From: Cyanophyceae cyanobacterium
GTDB lineage: Bacteria > Cyanobacteriota > Cyanobacteriia > Cyanobacteriales > JBHJGN01
Length of the DNA stretch: 64,000 bases
Reading direction: 5' to 3'
NCBI GenBank assembly: GCA_050331735.1
Contig: JBHJGN010000023.1
Location: 96,001-160,000 of the forward strand
The notes under the pieces are model-generated. The model searched no databases. It was not told the DNA's origin and saw only the letters and a program-made list of their open reading frames with translations. Position 1 is the first letter of the stretch. The number at the start of each line of letters is the position of its first letter. Shown here in pieces: positions 49,034-59,409 of the stretch. Both the position numbers and the translations under genes were made by a program.

Positions 49034-49075
49034 TATAGTTAAAACTAGCAATTATATAGTTAAAACTAGCAATTA
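49034..49075 (+). repeat. Perfect 21-bp tandem duplication upstream of the kinase
   Basis: TATAGTTAAAACTAGCAATTA twice. Confidence 0.9.
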
Positions 49076-49238
49076 TTTAGATGCCATTTACGGAAGTAGC
49101 AAGTAGCAACGTCTTAAAAGTTAGGGCACACAATTTGGTTGAAATAGGATTGCTCAGTAAATGCTACAAACCAACGAGAGTGAAGTTTGAGCGCAGAATC
49201 GCTCTTGAGGTGACCAATTAATCTAGCTAGGTTATCTA

Positions 49239-50843
49239 ATGAACAGTAATACTAAGCCGACATCTAATAATTTGCTCTTTGCCGACTCTCTGATTAATTC
49301 AGTCAGTGACGCTTCTTTCTGTGTAGCATCCGATGCTCGTTTGGTTTACGTCAATGATGCCGTCTGCCGTCTGCTTGAGTACCCGCGCGAGGAGCTTCTG
49401 GCTCTCTCTCTAGAACACGTAGATCGAGACTTTCAGTTTCAAACTTGGCGACAGCGATGGCAGCTATTGCAGCAGCAGGGACAAATTACTGTTCGGTCTT
49501 GCTACAGAACCAAGTCTGGCCAAATCGTCCCTTTGGAAATCACGCTGACCTGCATCTTAGAGCAAGGCCAGATGATGGCCTGTGCTCTAGTTCATAGAAG
49601 GGTTGAACCAATTCTCAATGGAGCTGGTGACGACATGATCCAGCGGCTTAACTTGGAGATTTCTCAGCTCGAAGTAGCAAAAACAGAACTATCGACAACT
49701 TTATCAATCCTGCGCGGGACTCTAGATTCCGCCGCGTACGGCATCGTCTCGGTTAGCTACGAAGGGGAGGTGCTGAGCTACAACCGCAAGTTTGTCGAGA
49801 TGTGGGGAATTGGTGAAGACCTCGAGTTATCTAAAGAATCAGCAGAGTGCCAGCGCTTCTTCGCTGAGCGACTTCGCAATCCGGAGGTTTTTCGGCATTC
49901 GGTTTGGGAAGTCTCTAGAGAATCGGATGCCGAAAGCTACGATATTTTACAGCTCAAAGATGGCAGAGTGTTTGCTCAGTATTCTAAACCGCAGCGGCTT
50001 GCAGACCAAATTATCGGGCGAGTGTGGAGTATTTGGGATATTACGCAGTTCAAAGAGCGCACTGAAGCAGAACTCCAGCAGACCAAGCAAGATATCGATG
50101 CTCAAAAAGCTATCGACGAAGCCAAACAGCTTGGTGAGCTGCGATCGCGTTTTCTGTCGATGCTGTGCCATCAGTTTCGCTCGTCTCTCAACATTATCTC
50201 CTTCTCCAACAGCCTACTGAAGCGCTACTTAGACAAGTGGGCTGGGGGCCAAAAAATTCCCTATCTCGACAATATTCAAATCGCCGTCAAGCAGATTAGC
50301 TCTCTTCTAGACGATTTAGTTTTCCTCGGCAAGTCAGAGGTCGGTCAGCTTAACTTTGAACCCAAACCAACGACTCTCAACGTGTTTTGCCGCGAACTGA
50401 CAACGCAGATGAAGCCCATGAGCGATGCTCGTCAGCAGAGCCTCAACTTTGTAGACCGCAGCCGCTGTCAGGAAGCATGGGTGGATACCGACTTACTCAA
50501 CCACATTTTCACCAACCTCCTCGCAAACGCCATTAAGTATTCTCCCGACGGCAGCACCATTAATTTTGAACTAGATTTTGAAGCAGAACAGGTGGTTTTT
50601 AGCGTTCAAGACCGCGGCATTGGCATTTCAGCAGAAGACCAGCAGCGCCTCTTTGAACCCTTTTACCGAGGCAGCAACGTAGACGATATTCCCGGAACCG
50701 GACTCGGACTCGCCATCGTCAGCAACTTAGTCCAGACCCACGGTGGCAAAATTGAGGTGGAAAGCGAAATCGGCGCCGGAACCACGTTCAAAGTTACGTT
50801 ACCAGCAGCCAATCAACCATCAACTACCAACCATCAGCCTTAG
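49239..50843 (+). CDS. Soluble PAS-PAS sensor histidine kinase (likely scytonemin-associated)
   Basis: PAS motifs YVNDAVCRLLEY.REEL and YNRKFVEMWG; H-box CHQFRSSL; NLLANAIKYS, DRGIGI, GTGLGL; no TM segments seen. Confidence 0.92.
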   Translation: MNSNTKPTSNNLLFADSLINSVSDASFCVASDARLVYVNDAVCRLLEYPREELLALSLEHVDRDFQFQTWRQRWQLLQQQGQITVRSCYRTKSGQIVPLEITLTCILEQGQMMACALVHRRVEPILNGAGDDMIQRLNLEISQLEVAKTELSTTLSILRGTLDSAAYGIVSVSYEGEVLSYNRKFVEMWGIGEDLELSKESAECQRFFAERLRNPEVFRHSVWEVSRESDAESYDILQLKDGRVFAQYSKPQRLADQIIGRVWSIWDITQFKERTEAELQQTKQDIDAQKAIDEAKQLGELRSRFLSMLCHQFRSSLNIISFSNSLLKRYLDKWAGGQKIPYLDNIQIAVKQISSLLDDLVFLGKSEVGQLNFEPKPTTLNVFCRELTTQMKPMSDARQQSLNFVDRSRCQEAWVDTDLLNHIFTNLLANAIKYSPDGSTINFELDFEAEQVVFSVQDRGIGISAEDQQRLFEPFYRGSNVDDIPGTGLGLAIVSNLVQTHGGKIEVESEIGAGTTFKVTLPAANQPSTTNHQP

Positions 50844-50915
50844 CGACTGGTCACTGTTTCCCCGGTTCAGTCGTTAAAATAAAAACACGCGACCCTGGAT
50901 CTTTAATCTGCTCCC

Positions 50916-52874
50916 ATGACCGTTCCTTTTCCTGCCGCTCAACGTTCCGCCGGAGCTGCCTCTGGCGGCTGCGTTGAGCAAGCTCAAGAGTACTTCGATG
51001 TGATTGTTGTCGGTGCTGGACACTCCGGCTGTGAAGCGGCGTTAGCCAGCGCACGGCTTGGCTGCCGGACCCTGATGCTGACTCTTAATCTCGATAAAAT
51101 CGCTTGGCAACCCTGTAATCCAGCGGTTGGCGGTCCCGCTAAATCGCAGTTGACCCATGAAGTGGATGCGTTGGGAGGGGAAATTGGCAAAATGGCAGAC
51201 CGCACCTATCTTCAGAAGCGGCTGCTCAACTCTTCACGGGGTCCGGCAGTGTGGGCCTTGCGGGCGCAGACCGATAAGCGGGAATATGCCGCCGTGATGA
51301 AAGAGCTGGTGGAGAACCAGGAGAATTTAACCATCCGCGAAGGGATGGTAACCGATCTGGTGTTGGGCAAGAACGACGACATTCAGGGAGTTCAAACCTA
51401 CTTCGGCACCTGCTTTCGGACGAGAGCAGTCATTCTCACCACGGGAACGTTCCTCGGAGGACGGATCTGGATTGGCAGTAAGTCCATGAGTGCTGGACGG
51501 GCCGGAGAATTCGCCGCCGTGGGGCTGACAGATACGCTCAATCGCCTTGGCTTTGAAACCGGACGGCTCAAAACCGGAACTCCCGCCCGGGTCGATCGGC
51601 GGACGGTAGACTACAGCCGGATGGAACCTCAGCCCCCCGACCCAGAAGTGCGCTGGTTCAGTTTCGACCCCCAGGCCTGGGTAGAACGAGAGCAGATGAA
51701 CTGCTACCTAACGCGGACCACTGCCGAAACTCACCGACTGATTCAGGAGAACCTGCATCTGTCTCCTATCTATGGCGGCTGGATTGATTCTAAAGGACCG
51801 CGCTACTGCCCCAGCATTGAAGACAAAATCGTGCGCTTTGCCGACAAGGACAGCCACCAAATTTTCATTGAACCAGAAGGGCGGGAGATTCCTGAGCTAT
51901 ACATTCAGGGGTTCTCCACCGGTCTACCGGAGCAGCTTCAGCTCGCCATGCTGCACACCCTGCCGGGATTAGAGCACTGCCAGATGCTGCGCCCTGCCTA
52001 CGCAGTTGAGTATGACTATCTGCCCGCGACCCAGTGCTACCCGACCCTAATGACGAAGAAAATTGAGGGGCTATTCTGCGCTGGGCAAATTAACGGCACC
52101 ACCGGATATGAAGAAGCTGCGGCGCAGGGAATCGTGGCGGGAATTAATGCTGTGCGGCTGGTGCGGGGCGAAGAGCCGGTCGTGTTTCCCCGCGAGCACA
52201 GCTATCTTGGTACCCTAATCGACGACCTCTGCACAAAGGATTTGCGGGAACCTTACCGCATGCTCACCTCCCGCTCTGAATACCGTTTGGTGCTGCGTTC
52301 AGACAATGCCGATCAGCGCCTGACTCCCCTCGGGCGCGAAATTGGGCTGATCGACGATCGCCGCTGGGAACTTTTCCAGCGCAAGCAGGCCCACATCGCC
52401 GCAGAGAAGAAACGGCTGTCTGCTACCAGAGTTAAACAACAGGACGAAGTAGGGCAGCAAATCGCCGCCGCTACCGGACAAAAAATTAAAGGCTCCGTAA
52501 CGTTAGCAGATTTGTTACGCCGCCCCGGGTTTCACTACGACACCCTAGAACGCTACGGCCTCGGCGCAGACCTCGCTGCCTCAGAAAAAGCGGGAGCGGA
52601 AATCGATATTAAGTATTCTGGCTACATTAAACGTCAGCAGAATCAAATTGAACAGATCGCTCGCCATAGCCATCGCCCGCTTCCCGCCGATCTTGTATAT
52701 ATGAATATTGAAACTTTGTCAATGGAAGCAAGAGAAAAGTTAACGAAAGTGCGACCGTTAACGGTGGGTCAAGCGTCCCGCATTGGCGGGGTGAATCCGG
52801 CAGACGTGAACGCCCTGTTGATTTATCTGGAATCGCGCAGCCTGGCCGAGCGATCGCCTGTCGTGACTGGATAA
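50916..52874 (+). CDS. mnmG: tRNA uridine-5-carboxymethylaminomethyl modification enzyme MnmG/GidA
   Basis: [55 protein letters not shown]. Confidence 0.97.
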   Translation: MTVPFPAAQRSAGAASGGCVEQAQEYFDVIVVGAGHSGCEAALASARLGCRTLMLTLNLDKIAWQPCNPAVGGPAKSQLTHEVDALGGEIGKMADRTYLQKRLLNSSRGPAVWALRAQTDKREYAAVMKELVENQENLTIREGMVTDLVLGKNDDIQGVQTYFGTCFRTRAVILTTGTFLGGRIWIGSKSMSAGRAGEFAAVGLTDTLNRLGFETGRLKTGTPARVDRRTVDYSRMEPQPPDPEVRWFSFDPQAWVEREQMNCYLTRTTAETHRLIQENLHLSPIYGGWIDSKGPRYCPSIEDKIVRFADKDSHQIFIEPEGREIPELYIQGFSTGLPEQLQLAMLHTLPGLEHCQMLRPAYAVEYDYLPATQCYPTLMTKKIEGLFCAGQINGTTGYEEAAAQGIVAGINAVRLVRGEEPVVFPREHSYLGTLIDDLCTKDLREPYRMLTSRSEYRLVLRSDNADQRLTPLGREIGLIDDRRWELFQRKQAHIAAEKKRLSATRVKQQDEVGQQIAAATGQKIKGSVTLADLLRRPGFHYDTLERYGLGADLAASEKAGAEIDIKYSGYIKRQQNQIEQIARHSHRPLPADLVYMNIETLSMEAREKLTKVRPLTVGQASRIGGVNPADVNALLIYLESRSLAERSPVVTG

Positions 52875-52894
52875 GCGATCGCGCCCATTCTCTC

Positions 52895-54010
52895 CTATAC
52901 GGCTACTTGGGCCTCCTGGTAGGGAGGAAAGTCTGTATATCCTTCTGCCTCAAAGGAATACCAAATTTCCTGTTCCGCATCGGGGTTTAGTTCCCAATTG
53001 TTGGCAAAACGAGCTACCAGATCGGGGTTACTAATAAAGGGTCTGCCAAAGGCAATCAGATCCGCATCCCCAGCCGCGATCATTTTTTCTGCCGATTGGC
53101 GATCGTATCCACAGTTACCCATTAAAGGACCGTCATAGACTTTCCTAAACTCAGCGAGAGTCATGGGTTCTCCCAGTTCGTGGAAACCAAACGCCAAACC
53201 ATCTAGTAGATGCAGATACGCAAGTCCATAGCTGTTTAACCGTTGGGCAACATCGGTAAAGGTCTCTCGAAAGTCTGGCGACCCCATATCGTTGTAATTG
53301 CCGTTCGGAGACAGTCTCAGTCCTACCCGTCCGGCATCCCACACCGTCAGAATCGACTCGACTACTTCTTGCAGAAACCGAAAGCGATTTTCCAGGCTGC
53401 CGCCATAGCGATCGCTGCGATGATTCGTTTTAGACTGCAAAAATTCATCAATGAGATAGCCGTTAGCACCGTGTATTTCTACTCCATCAAAGCCAGCCTG
53501 TTTTGCATTGGCGGCAGCTTGGCGATAGTCTTCAACAATCTGAGGAATTTCTGCTGTTTCTAAAGCCCGAGGCGTTTCATAAGGCTGTTTTCCGTTGGGA
53601 GTATGGGCTTGTGAGCCTTCAATTTTAAGAGCCGAAGGAGCAACCGGAAGCTGATTGTTGTCCTGAAAGCTGCTGTGCGAGGCTCTGCCCGTATGCCAAA
53701 GCTGCAAAAAAATTGAAGTTCCTTGAGCGTGAACGGCATCGACAACCTGTTTCCACCCTTCTGTTTGCTCAGGCGTATAAACACCCGGAGTCTGCTGCCA
53801 GCCATTCGCCTGGGGAGAAATCGTCGTTGCTTCGGTAATAATGAGGCCCGCACCCGCCCGTTGAGTATAATATTCTGCCATCAAAGCGTTAGGAATCCTG
53901 TCTGCGCCTGCTCGAGAGCGAGTCATCGGAGCCATAACCACGCGATTTTTTAAGGAAATATCCTGAAGGTTGAAAGGGCTGAGGAGGTGGGGAACGTTTG
54001 TTGAAGTCAT
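52895..54010 (-). CDS. Old yellow enzyme family alkene reductase (NemA-like)
   Basis: NRVVMAPMTRSRA, QLWH.GR, EIHGANGYL..FL, GRPFISNPDL, GYTD.P. Confidence 0.93.
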   Translation of the reverse strand: MTSTNVPHLLSPFNLQDISLKNRVVMAPMTRSRAGADRIPNALMAEYYTQRAGAGLIITEATTISPQANGWQQTPGVYTPEQTEGWKQVVDAVHAQGTSIFLQLWHTGRASHSSFQDNNQLPVAPSALKIEGSQAHTPNGKQPYETPRALETAEIPQIVEDYRQAAANAKQAGFDGVEIHGANGYLIDEFLQSKTNHRSDRYGGSLENRFRFLQEVVESILTVWDAGRVGLRLSPNGNYNDMGSPDFRETFTDVAQRLNSYGLAYLHLLDGLAFGFHELGEPMTLAEFRKVYDGPLMGNCGYDRQSAEKMIAAGDADLIAFGRPFISNPDLVARFANNWELNPDAEQEIWYSFEAEGYTDFPPYQEAQVAV

Positions 54011-54180
54011 CTATACGTGTTGATTGGTGATTAGTGATGGTTTGACCACTACACACTGTACTCTACTCATTCAAAATTCGCTGTCAAGTTGGTTGACCAA
54101 GAATAGCAAGAGTCGGCAGCAAAACGCTTCACCAAACTAACTGTCAAATCGTATCAAGCTGAGCGGCTCTACCCAAAACA

Positions 54181-54252
54181 AGCCTCAGACAAGATTTGAA
54201 CTTGCGACCGTCCGCTTACAAGGCGGATGCTCTACCACTGAGCTACTGAGGC
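54181..54252 (-). tRNA. trnT: tRNA-Thr(UGU)
   Basis: Reverse complement folds as a cloverleaf: GCCTCAG acceptor stem, AGTGGTA D-loop, TCCGC-CT-TGT-AA-GCGGA anticodon arm, GTTCAAAT T-loop; CCA not encoded. Confidence 0.97.
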
Positions 54253-54423
54253 ATAATAAGCAAGTGCTGCTTTCCTGTCGAGCTACACCAGCACGCAATT
54301 AATAGAATAGCAAATTTTGTCGGGCGTTCGTGCTACCAATGGAGCCACACGATTCACTTGACTAACCAGCACGGAGCTTGAGAGCGTTTTCCTTCTTTGT
54401 GCCCATCGCCTATCAGCTCAACG

Positions 54424-55068
54424 CTAAGCCATGTTGTTTTCCATCGCCCATCGCGCCAGCTCCGTCCGATTATGGAGGCTCGTTTTGTTCAGCATGTTGG
54501 AAACGTGGCTTTCGATAGTGCGCTGGCTCACTCTTAGCCTCTCCGCAATTTCTTTATTGGCCATGCCCTGAGCAACTAATCCAACCACTTTGAGCTCAGT
54601 AGGCGTTAACTCTACATTTTTAGGAACCTGAATTTTGGGACTATCATCTGTAGCCTTGATGTTGTGCCGCATCAGACGATTGGCCTGATTGAGGGAAGAC
54701 TCTACCTGCGCCACCAGTTCCTCTGGCTCAAATGGCTTGACCATGTAGACATCAGCCCCAGTCGTTAATCCTTCAACACGGTCTTGAATTTGCCCCTTGG
54801 CAGAGAGGAACAAAACCGGAATCCAGTCTGTGCGAACATCGTCTCTAATCTGCTTGACAAAAGCATAGCCGTCCATCTCGGGCATCATAATGTCGCAAAT
54901 AATCATATTTGGCACTTGACGCTCTAAAATTTCTAGAGCTTCTCGACCGTTTTCAGCGGTGATCACCTCGTATCCTCGAAACTCTAAATAGTCTTTAACT
55001 AACAGGATGAGGTTGGGGTCGTCATCGATGAGCAGTAGTTGCTTACTATCCTTAGAATTGTCCTTCAT
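54424..55068 (-). CDS. NarL/LuxR-family response regulator
   Basis: LLIDDD, ICDIMMP, KPF; LTPTE..V..LVAQGM.NKEIA..L.VS.RTIESH. Confidence 0.94.
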   Translation of the reverse strand: MKDNSKDSKQLLLIDDDPNLILLVKDYLEFRGYEVITAENGREALEILERQVPNMIICDIMMPEMDGYAFVKQIRDDVRTDWIPVLFLSAKGQIQDRVEGLTTGADVYMVKPFEPEELVAQVESSLNQANRLMRHNIKATDDSPKIQVPKNVELTPTELKVVGLVAQGMANKEIAERLRVSQRTIESHVSNMLNKTSLHNRTELARWAMENNMA

Positions 55069-55175
55069 CAGTAGCCTTTAAGTCCGAGTGGATTTAATGA
55101 ATGGGTGCTGCTTCTCTAAATTTCCCAGTTTTACAGCAGTTTATATCATGTCTGCTTTAGAAAACTACTAACCTC

Positions 55176-56345
55176 CTACTCCCGAGGAAACTCTCCAGGG
55201 CGCACCACAACGGTTCTTTGTTGCTGATTACGAATCACGACCACATCTAGCGAGGCTCCAATTTCGCTGGCTTCTACCTGTTCTTGAACCTCAACAGCCG
55301 ATTGTGTAGTCTGTCCTCCGACGTCAACAATTACATCTCCAGGCTGCAAGCCCGCTCTTTGGGCCGGGGAGTTTTCCACAACGCGCACAATTAATACGCC
55401 TTCTGCTTGACTCACCTGAAAGTCAAAATCGTCGCTTTGATTGATTTCTTCTTGCACATTGTCGTTGAGGGTTACCATCTGAATCCCGAGATAGGGATGG
55501 TCGGCTTGTCCGGTGGCAAATAGCTGCTCGGCAACTCGCTGAGCCGTTTCTATGGGAATGGCAAAGCCGAGTCCTTGGGCATCAGCGCGAATGGCGGTAT
55601 TGATGCCAACCACCTCGCCTTGGGCATTGAGCAGAGGCCCCCCAGAGTTACCGGGATTAATGGCGGCATCAGTTTGAATAAACCGTACGCGCTTGTCGGG
55701 AACGCCAACCTGAGAGCTAGAGCGGTCGATGGCGCTGATGATGCCTACTGTCACCGTATTATCTAATCCGAGAGGATTGCCAATGGCGATCGCCCATTCG
55801 CCCGGAGTCAGAGATTCTGCATCGCCAAGCGTCACAGTTGGTAAATCGTTCGCCTCAATTTCGATGACGGCGATATCCGTTATCGGGTCCGTCCCCAACA
55901 CCTGACCCTCAAAAATCTGCCCATTCTTGAGAGTCACCTTGACCGTATCGGCTCCTTCCACAACGTGGGCATTGGTAATCAGGCGACCATCGGCGCTCAG
56001 AATAAATCCCGACCCGGTCCCGCTCTCAAAACGCTCCGGTGGCGGGAGCTGATTGCCAAAAAAGCGGCGGAAAAACGGCTGCGTAAAATCTGGTTGACTG
56101 GCAATGGTTCGAGAAGAGTCGATGCGGACAACGGCGGGACCCACTTTTTGAACGGCGGCGGCAATAAAATTCAATCGCTCTGGGGAAGCAATCGATGGCA
56201 AGGCCGGACGGGCTGAGACGAGAGGTTCGCTGGTTGGCTGGCTCAAGTAGCGAGCGCCAACGATTCCGGCTCCGCTTCCGACTGCTAATAGACCAAGATA
56301 GACACCCAGCTGTTTCAAAGATACACTCATAGATTTGGGTTCCAA
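55176..56345 (-). CDS. HtrA/Deg-family serine protease with one PDZ domain (HhoA/HhoB-like)
   Basis: TNAHVV, TDIAV, INPGNSGGPL, YLGI.M PDZ start. Confidence 0.95.
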   Translation of the reverse strand: MEPKSMSVSLKQLGVYLGLLAVGSGAGIVGARYLSQPTSEPLVSARPALPSIASPERLNFIAAAVQKVGPAVVRIDSSRTIASQPDFTQPFFRRFFGNQLPPPERFESGTGSGFILSADGRLITNAHVVEGADTVKVTLKNGQIFEGQVLGTDPITDIAVIEIEANDLPTVTLGDAESLTPGEWAIAIGNPLGLDNTVTVGIISAIDRSSSQVGVPDKRVRFIQTDAAINPGNSGGPLLNAQGEVVGINTAIRADAQGLGFAIPIETAQRVAEQLFATGQADHPYLGIQMVTLNDNVQEEINQSDDFDFQVSQAEGVLIVRVVENSPAQRAGLQPGDVIVDVGGQTTQSAVEVQEQVEASEIGASLDVVVIRNQQQRTVVVRPGEFPRE

Positions 56346-56383
56346 TTAATGATGCCCTAACTGGACACAACACACTAAAAATT

Positions 56384-57628
56384 ATGACATTCGTTGAGGG
56401 AGCATCACAAACCCAAAGACCAATCGCCGTCGATCTCTTTGCAGGGGCTGGCGGCATGTCCCTCGGCTTTGAACAGGCCGGATTTGACGTTTTAGCCGCT
56501 GTCGAAGTCGATCCGGTTCACTGTGCTACTTACGAGTTTAACTTTCCGATTGGGTCTGTCATCTGCCGGAGCGTCACCGACGTTACCGGAGCCGACATTC
56601 GAGAGCGCTCGGCCATCGGTAGCCGCGAGATCGATGTCGTCATGGGAGGAGCGCCCTGTCAGGGCTTCTCGATTATCGGGAAGAGAGTGGCTCACGATCC
56701 CCGCAATCATCTCATCTTTGAGTTTGGCCGACTTGTGCTCGAGCTGCGACCGAAATATTTTGTCCTTGAAAACGTTCCCGGTATGGCGTGGAACAAATAC
56801 AGACCCCTCCTGAAGGGTCTGATCGAGACCCTGCGTCAAGACTACCAGATCGCTGACTATCGCATTCTCAATGCAGCTCACTACGGAGTGCCGCAGACGC
56901 GCAAGCGGCTATTTCTCCTCGGCAGTCGCCAGAATCTGCCTCCCGTTGCCTATCCGCCACCGCTAACCACTCCCCCAAGTTCGCCCCCGTTGCCTGAGCT
57001 ACCGCCTAGTCCAACAGTTGCCGATGCTCTGGGGGATTTACCAGAGGTAGAACGCTATCCAGAACTGCTGCACCGAGATTGGGTATTGACTGAGTTTGGT
57101 CCGCCAAGCTGCTATGCTCGTTCGCTGCGTGAGGGGAGCCAAGCTCATCACTATGCCTATCGCCGCGCCTCCGATCCGCAATTGCTCTCCTCTAGCTGGC
57201 TCACCCACCATACGCCTGCTTCTATCCAGCGTTTTCAGGCTACGCCGCCGGGGTGCAAAGAACGTATCAGCCGCTTCTATCGCCTGCATCCCCAAGGCGT
57301 ATGTAATACCCTCAGAGCCGGAACCGATCGGCAGCGAGGCTCTTTCACAGCCCCCAGACCCATCCACCCCGAGCGAGCGCGATGCATCACCGTCCGAGAA
57401 GCGGCGCGGCTGCACTCTTACCCTGACTGGTTTCGGTTCCAGGTCACAAAATGGCATGGGTTTCGTCAGGTGGGAAATTCCGTACCGCCGCTGCTGGCTC
57501 AGGCGATCGCCGCCGAAATCATTCGCTGCCTCGGAGTAATTCCGATTCAACCGGGTCAACGCTACCAACTCGGCGACGAAACCCTACTACAGCTTACCTG
57601 GTCTCAAGCCGCGCGACTGTATCTCTAG
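56384..57628 (+). CDS. DNA (cytosine-5) methyltransferase, orphan
   Basis: DLFAGAGG, GAPCQGFS, ENV, PQ.R.R, REAARL..YPD.F, QVGNSVPP. Confidence 0.93.
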   Translation: MTFVEGASQTQRPIAVDLFAGAGGMSLGFEQAGFDVLAAVEVDPVHCATYEFNFPIGSVICRSVTDVTGADIRERSAIGSREIDVVMGGAPCQGFSIIGKRVAHDPRNHLIFEFGRLVLELRPKYFVLENVPGMAWNKYRPLLKGLIETLRQDYQIADYRILNAAHYGVPQTRKRLFLLGSRQNLPPVAYPPPLTTPPSSPPLPELPPSPTVADALGDLPEVERYPELLHRDWVLTEFGPPSCYARSLREGSQAHHYAYRRASDPQLLSSSWLTHHTPASIQRFQATPPGCKERISRFYRLHPQGVCNTLRAGTDRQRGSFTAPRPIHPERARCITVREAARLHSYPDWFRFQVTKWHGFRQVGNSVPPLLAQAIAAEIIRCLGVIPIQPGQRYQLGDETLLQLTWSQAARLYL

Positions 57629-57787
57629 CAATTAGTTAGACAAAATTGTATAACTGTGTAAACAAATACGTCACTCCACTCGTTTTATGTATACAGTATT
57701 CATTGACGCTCATTTGATGATGTGTTAATCATCCGATGCGAATTTTTAGTCGCGTCATGCAGAAACAGGAACTTAAATTTATTGAGC

Positions 57788-59407
57788 ATGTCTTTCAATC
57801 TCTTTAATTGTCGTCGGCATCAGCTTTGGCAATCTGCGGTGCTTCTCTCTCTTTCAGTAGCCAGCGCTGGCTGCCTCAACACAGATACAGCCGTGAACGA
57901 TGCCGGGGACGGGGAAGCCCCTGGCGGCTCTCTCACCTGGGCTAGGTATGGAGATGTCGATTCTCTCGACCCCCACCGCACTACCACGACTCTTTCCTGG
58001 CAGATTTTCGATCAAATCTACGATACCTTGCTGGCTTTTGACGATGACGGCAACGTACAGCCGAACCTCGCTCAGGAGTGGACCATCAGCGAGGATGGGC
58101 GTGAGGTGACGTTCGTGCTCAACGAAGGCATTACCTGCCACGACGGCACTGAATTTACTGCCGAAGATGTTAAGTATACTGCTGATCGCGCCCTCAGTGA
58201 AGAGAATCCAAGCGTGACGAAAGCAAGCTGGGGCAAGATTCAAGCAGTCGAAGTGGTTGACCCGCAAACGGTGACGTTTAATTTTGAAGAACCCTTTGGA
58301 GCCTTTATTCCCTTCATGGCCGATCCCTTTGCCAGCATGATCTGCGATAGCGCCGCCGAACTAGGCGATCAGTTTGGGGTCAGTGAAGCCGTGGGGACAG
58401 GACCGTTTAAATTGGTAAGCTGGACTAAAGGCGATCGGGTCGTGTTAGAGAAAAACCCTGACTACACCAACTACGGTCGCCCCGTCGAAAATCAGGAGGC
58501 CCCGTATCTCGATCAGCTCATTGTTCGACAAATTCCCGAACCCCAAACCCGGCTAGCGGGACTGGAAACCGGAGAACTCCAGCTTATTGCCGAACCCCCC
58601 CTAGAGCAAATTGAGGAGATTGAAGCCGATCCTAATTTAGAAAACTACGTGGCCACTAAAACCGGTCAAAACGTCTTTTTTGAGTTTACCGTCTCCCGTC
58701 CTCCCTTCGACGATATTCGAGCGCGTCGCGCCGTGGCTCACGCTGTCGATCCTCAAGCAGCCATTGAGATTGCCTTTGGGGATTTGGTCAAGCGCGAAGA
58801 ATGTCCCGTAGCGCGGGGGGTTGTGGGGAACGATCAGGAATTATGCGATCGCTTCGGCTACGAACACGATCCGGAAAAGGCCAAGGAACTGCTCTCAGAA
58901 CTCGGTTACGGTCCCGATAACCCTTTAAATGTCAAGCTACTTACCTGGGTGGGCGGCAATCGGGAAAAAGTCGTGCAGGTGTTTCAAAGTCAGCTTGCTG
59001 AAGTTGGCATCAACGCCGACATCGAAACCATGGACATTGGTACGCTCAACGCGAGAGTCAAGCAGGAAAACGAAAAGGACAGCGGCACTAGCACCTTCGA
59101 CATGATGGGCTGGGCCTGGTACGACCCCGATATTCTTTACTCTTTGTGGCACTCCCCAGGAGCCTACAACGGCTACCACACCCCCGAACTCGATGCCATG
59201 CTAGAACAAACCCGCACCATCGTTGACCCCGAAGAACGCCTCGAAGCCGTTCAGGAAGTTCAGGAGTACTTGTTAGAAAACGCCGTAATGGTTCCCCTCT
59301 ACACTCCCGGCTGGCTATGGGTTTACACCAGCCGCGAAGCGGTGGATGGATTCAAAATCGGCCCCTTCAATCGTCCGCTATTCAACGACGTCAGGCTGGA
59401 CACGTAA
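57788..59407 (+). CDS. ABC transporter substrate-binding lipoprotein, family 5 (Opp/Dpp)
   Basis: Start likely at MSFNLF; lipobox ASAG-C; SLDPH, P.LA..W, GTGPFKL. Confidence 0.9.
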   Translation: MSFNLFNCRRHQLWQSAVLLSLSVASAGCLNTDTAVNDAGDGEAPGGSLTWARYGDVDSLDPHRTTTTLSWQIFDQIYDTLLAFDDDGNVQPNLAQEWTISEDGREVTFVLNEGITCHDGTEFTAEDVKYTADRALSEENPSVTKASWGKIQAVEVVDPQTVTFNFEEPFGAFIPFMADPFASMICDSAAELGDQFGVSEAVGTGPFKLVSWTKGDRVVLEKNPDYTNYGRPVENQEAPYLDQLIVRQIPEPQTRLAGLETGELQLIAEPPLEQIEEIEADPNLENYVATKTGQNVFFEFTVSRPPFDDIRARRAVAHAVDPQAAIEIAFGDLVKREECPVARGVVGNDQELCDRFGYEHDPEKAKELLSELGYGPDNPLNVKLLTWVGGNREKVVQVFQSQLAEVGINADIETMDIGTLNARVKQENEKDSGTSTFDMMGWAWYDPDILYSLWHSPGAYNGYHTPELDAMLEQTRTIVDPEERLEAVQEVQEYLLENAVMVPLYTPGWLWVYTSREAVDGFKIGPFNRPLFNDVRLDT

Positions 59408-59409
59408 AA

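Noticed and set aside
54181..54252. tRNA as the integration site of the island
   Set aside because: No integrase and no duplicated tRNA 3' end were seen, and the housekeeping gene mnmG lies between the tRNA and the island.
56384..57628. Restriction-modification or defence system
   Set aside because: No endonuclease or Vsr gene is adjacent; orphan C5 methyltransferases are common in cyanobacteria.
57645..57731. NtcA site or another TTCATTG box before the ABC operon
   Set aside because: GTA-N8-TAA is imperfect, and GTATTCATTG lacks both the AAAGA flank and a TAnnnT -10 at the right spacing.
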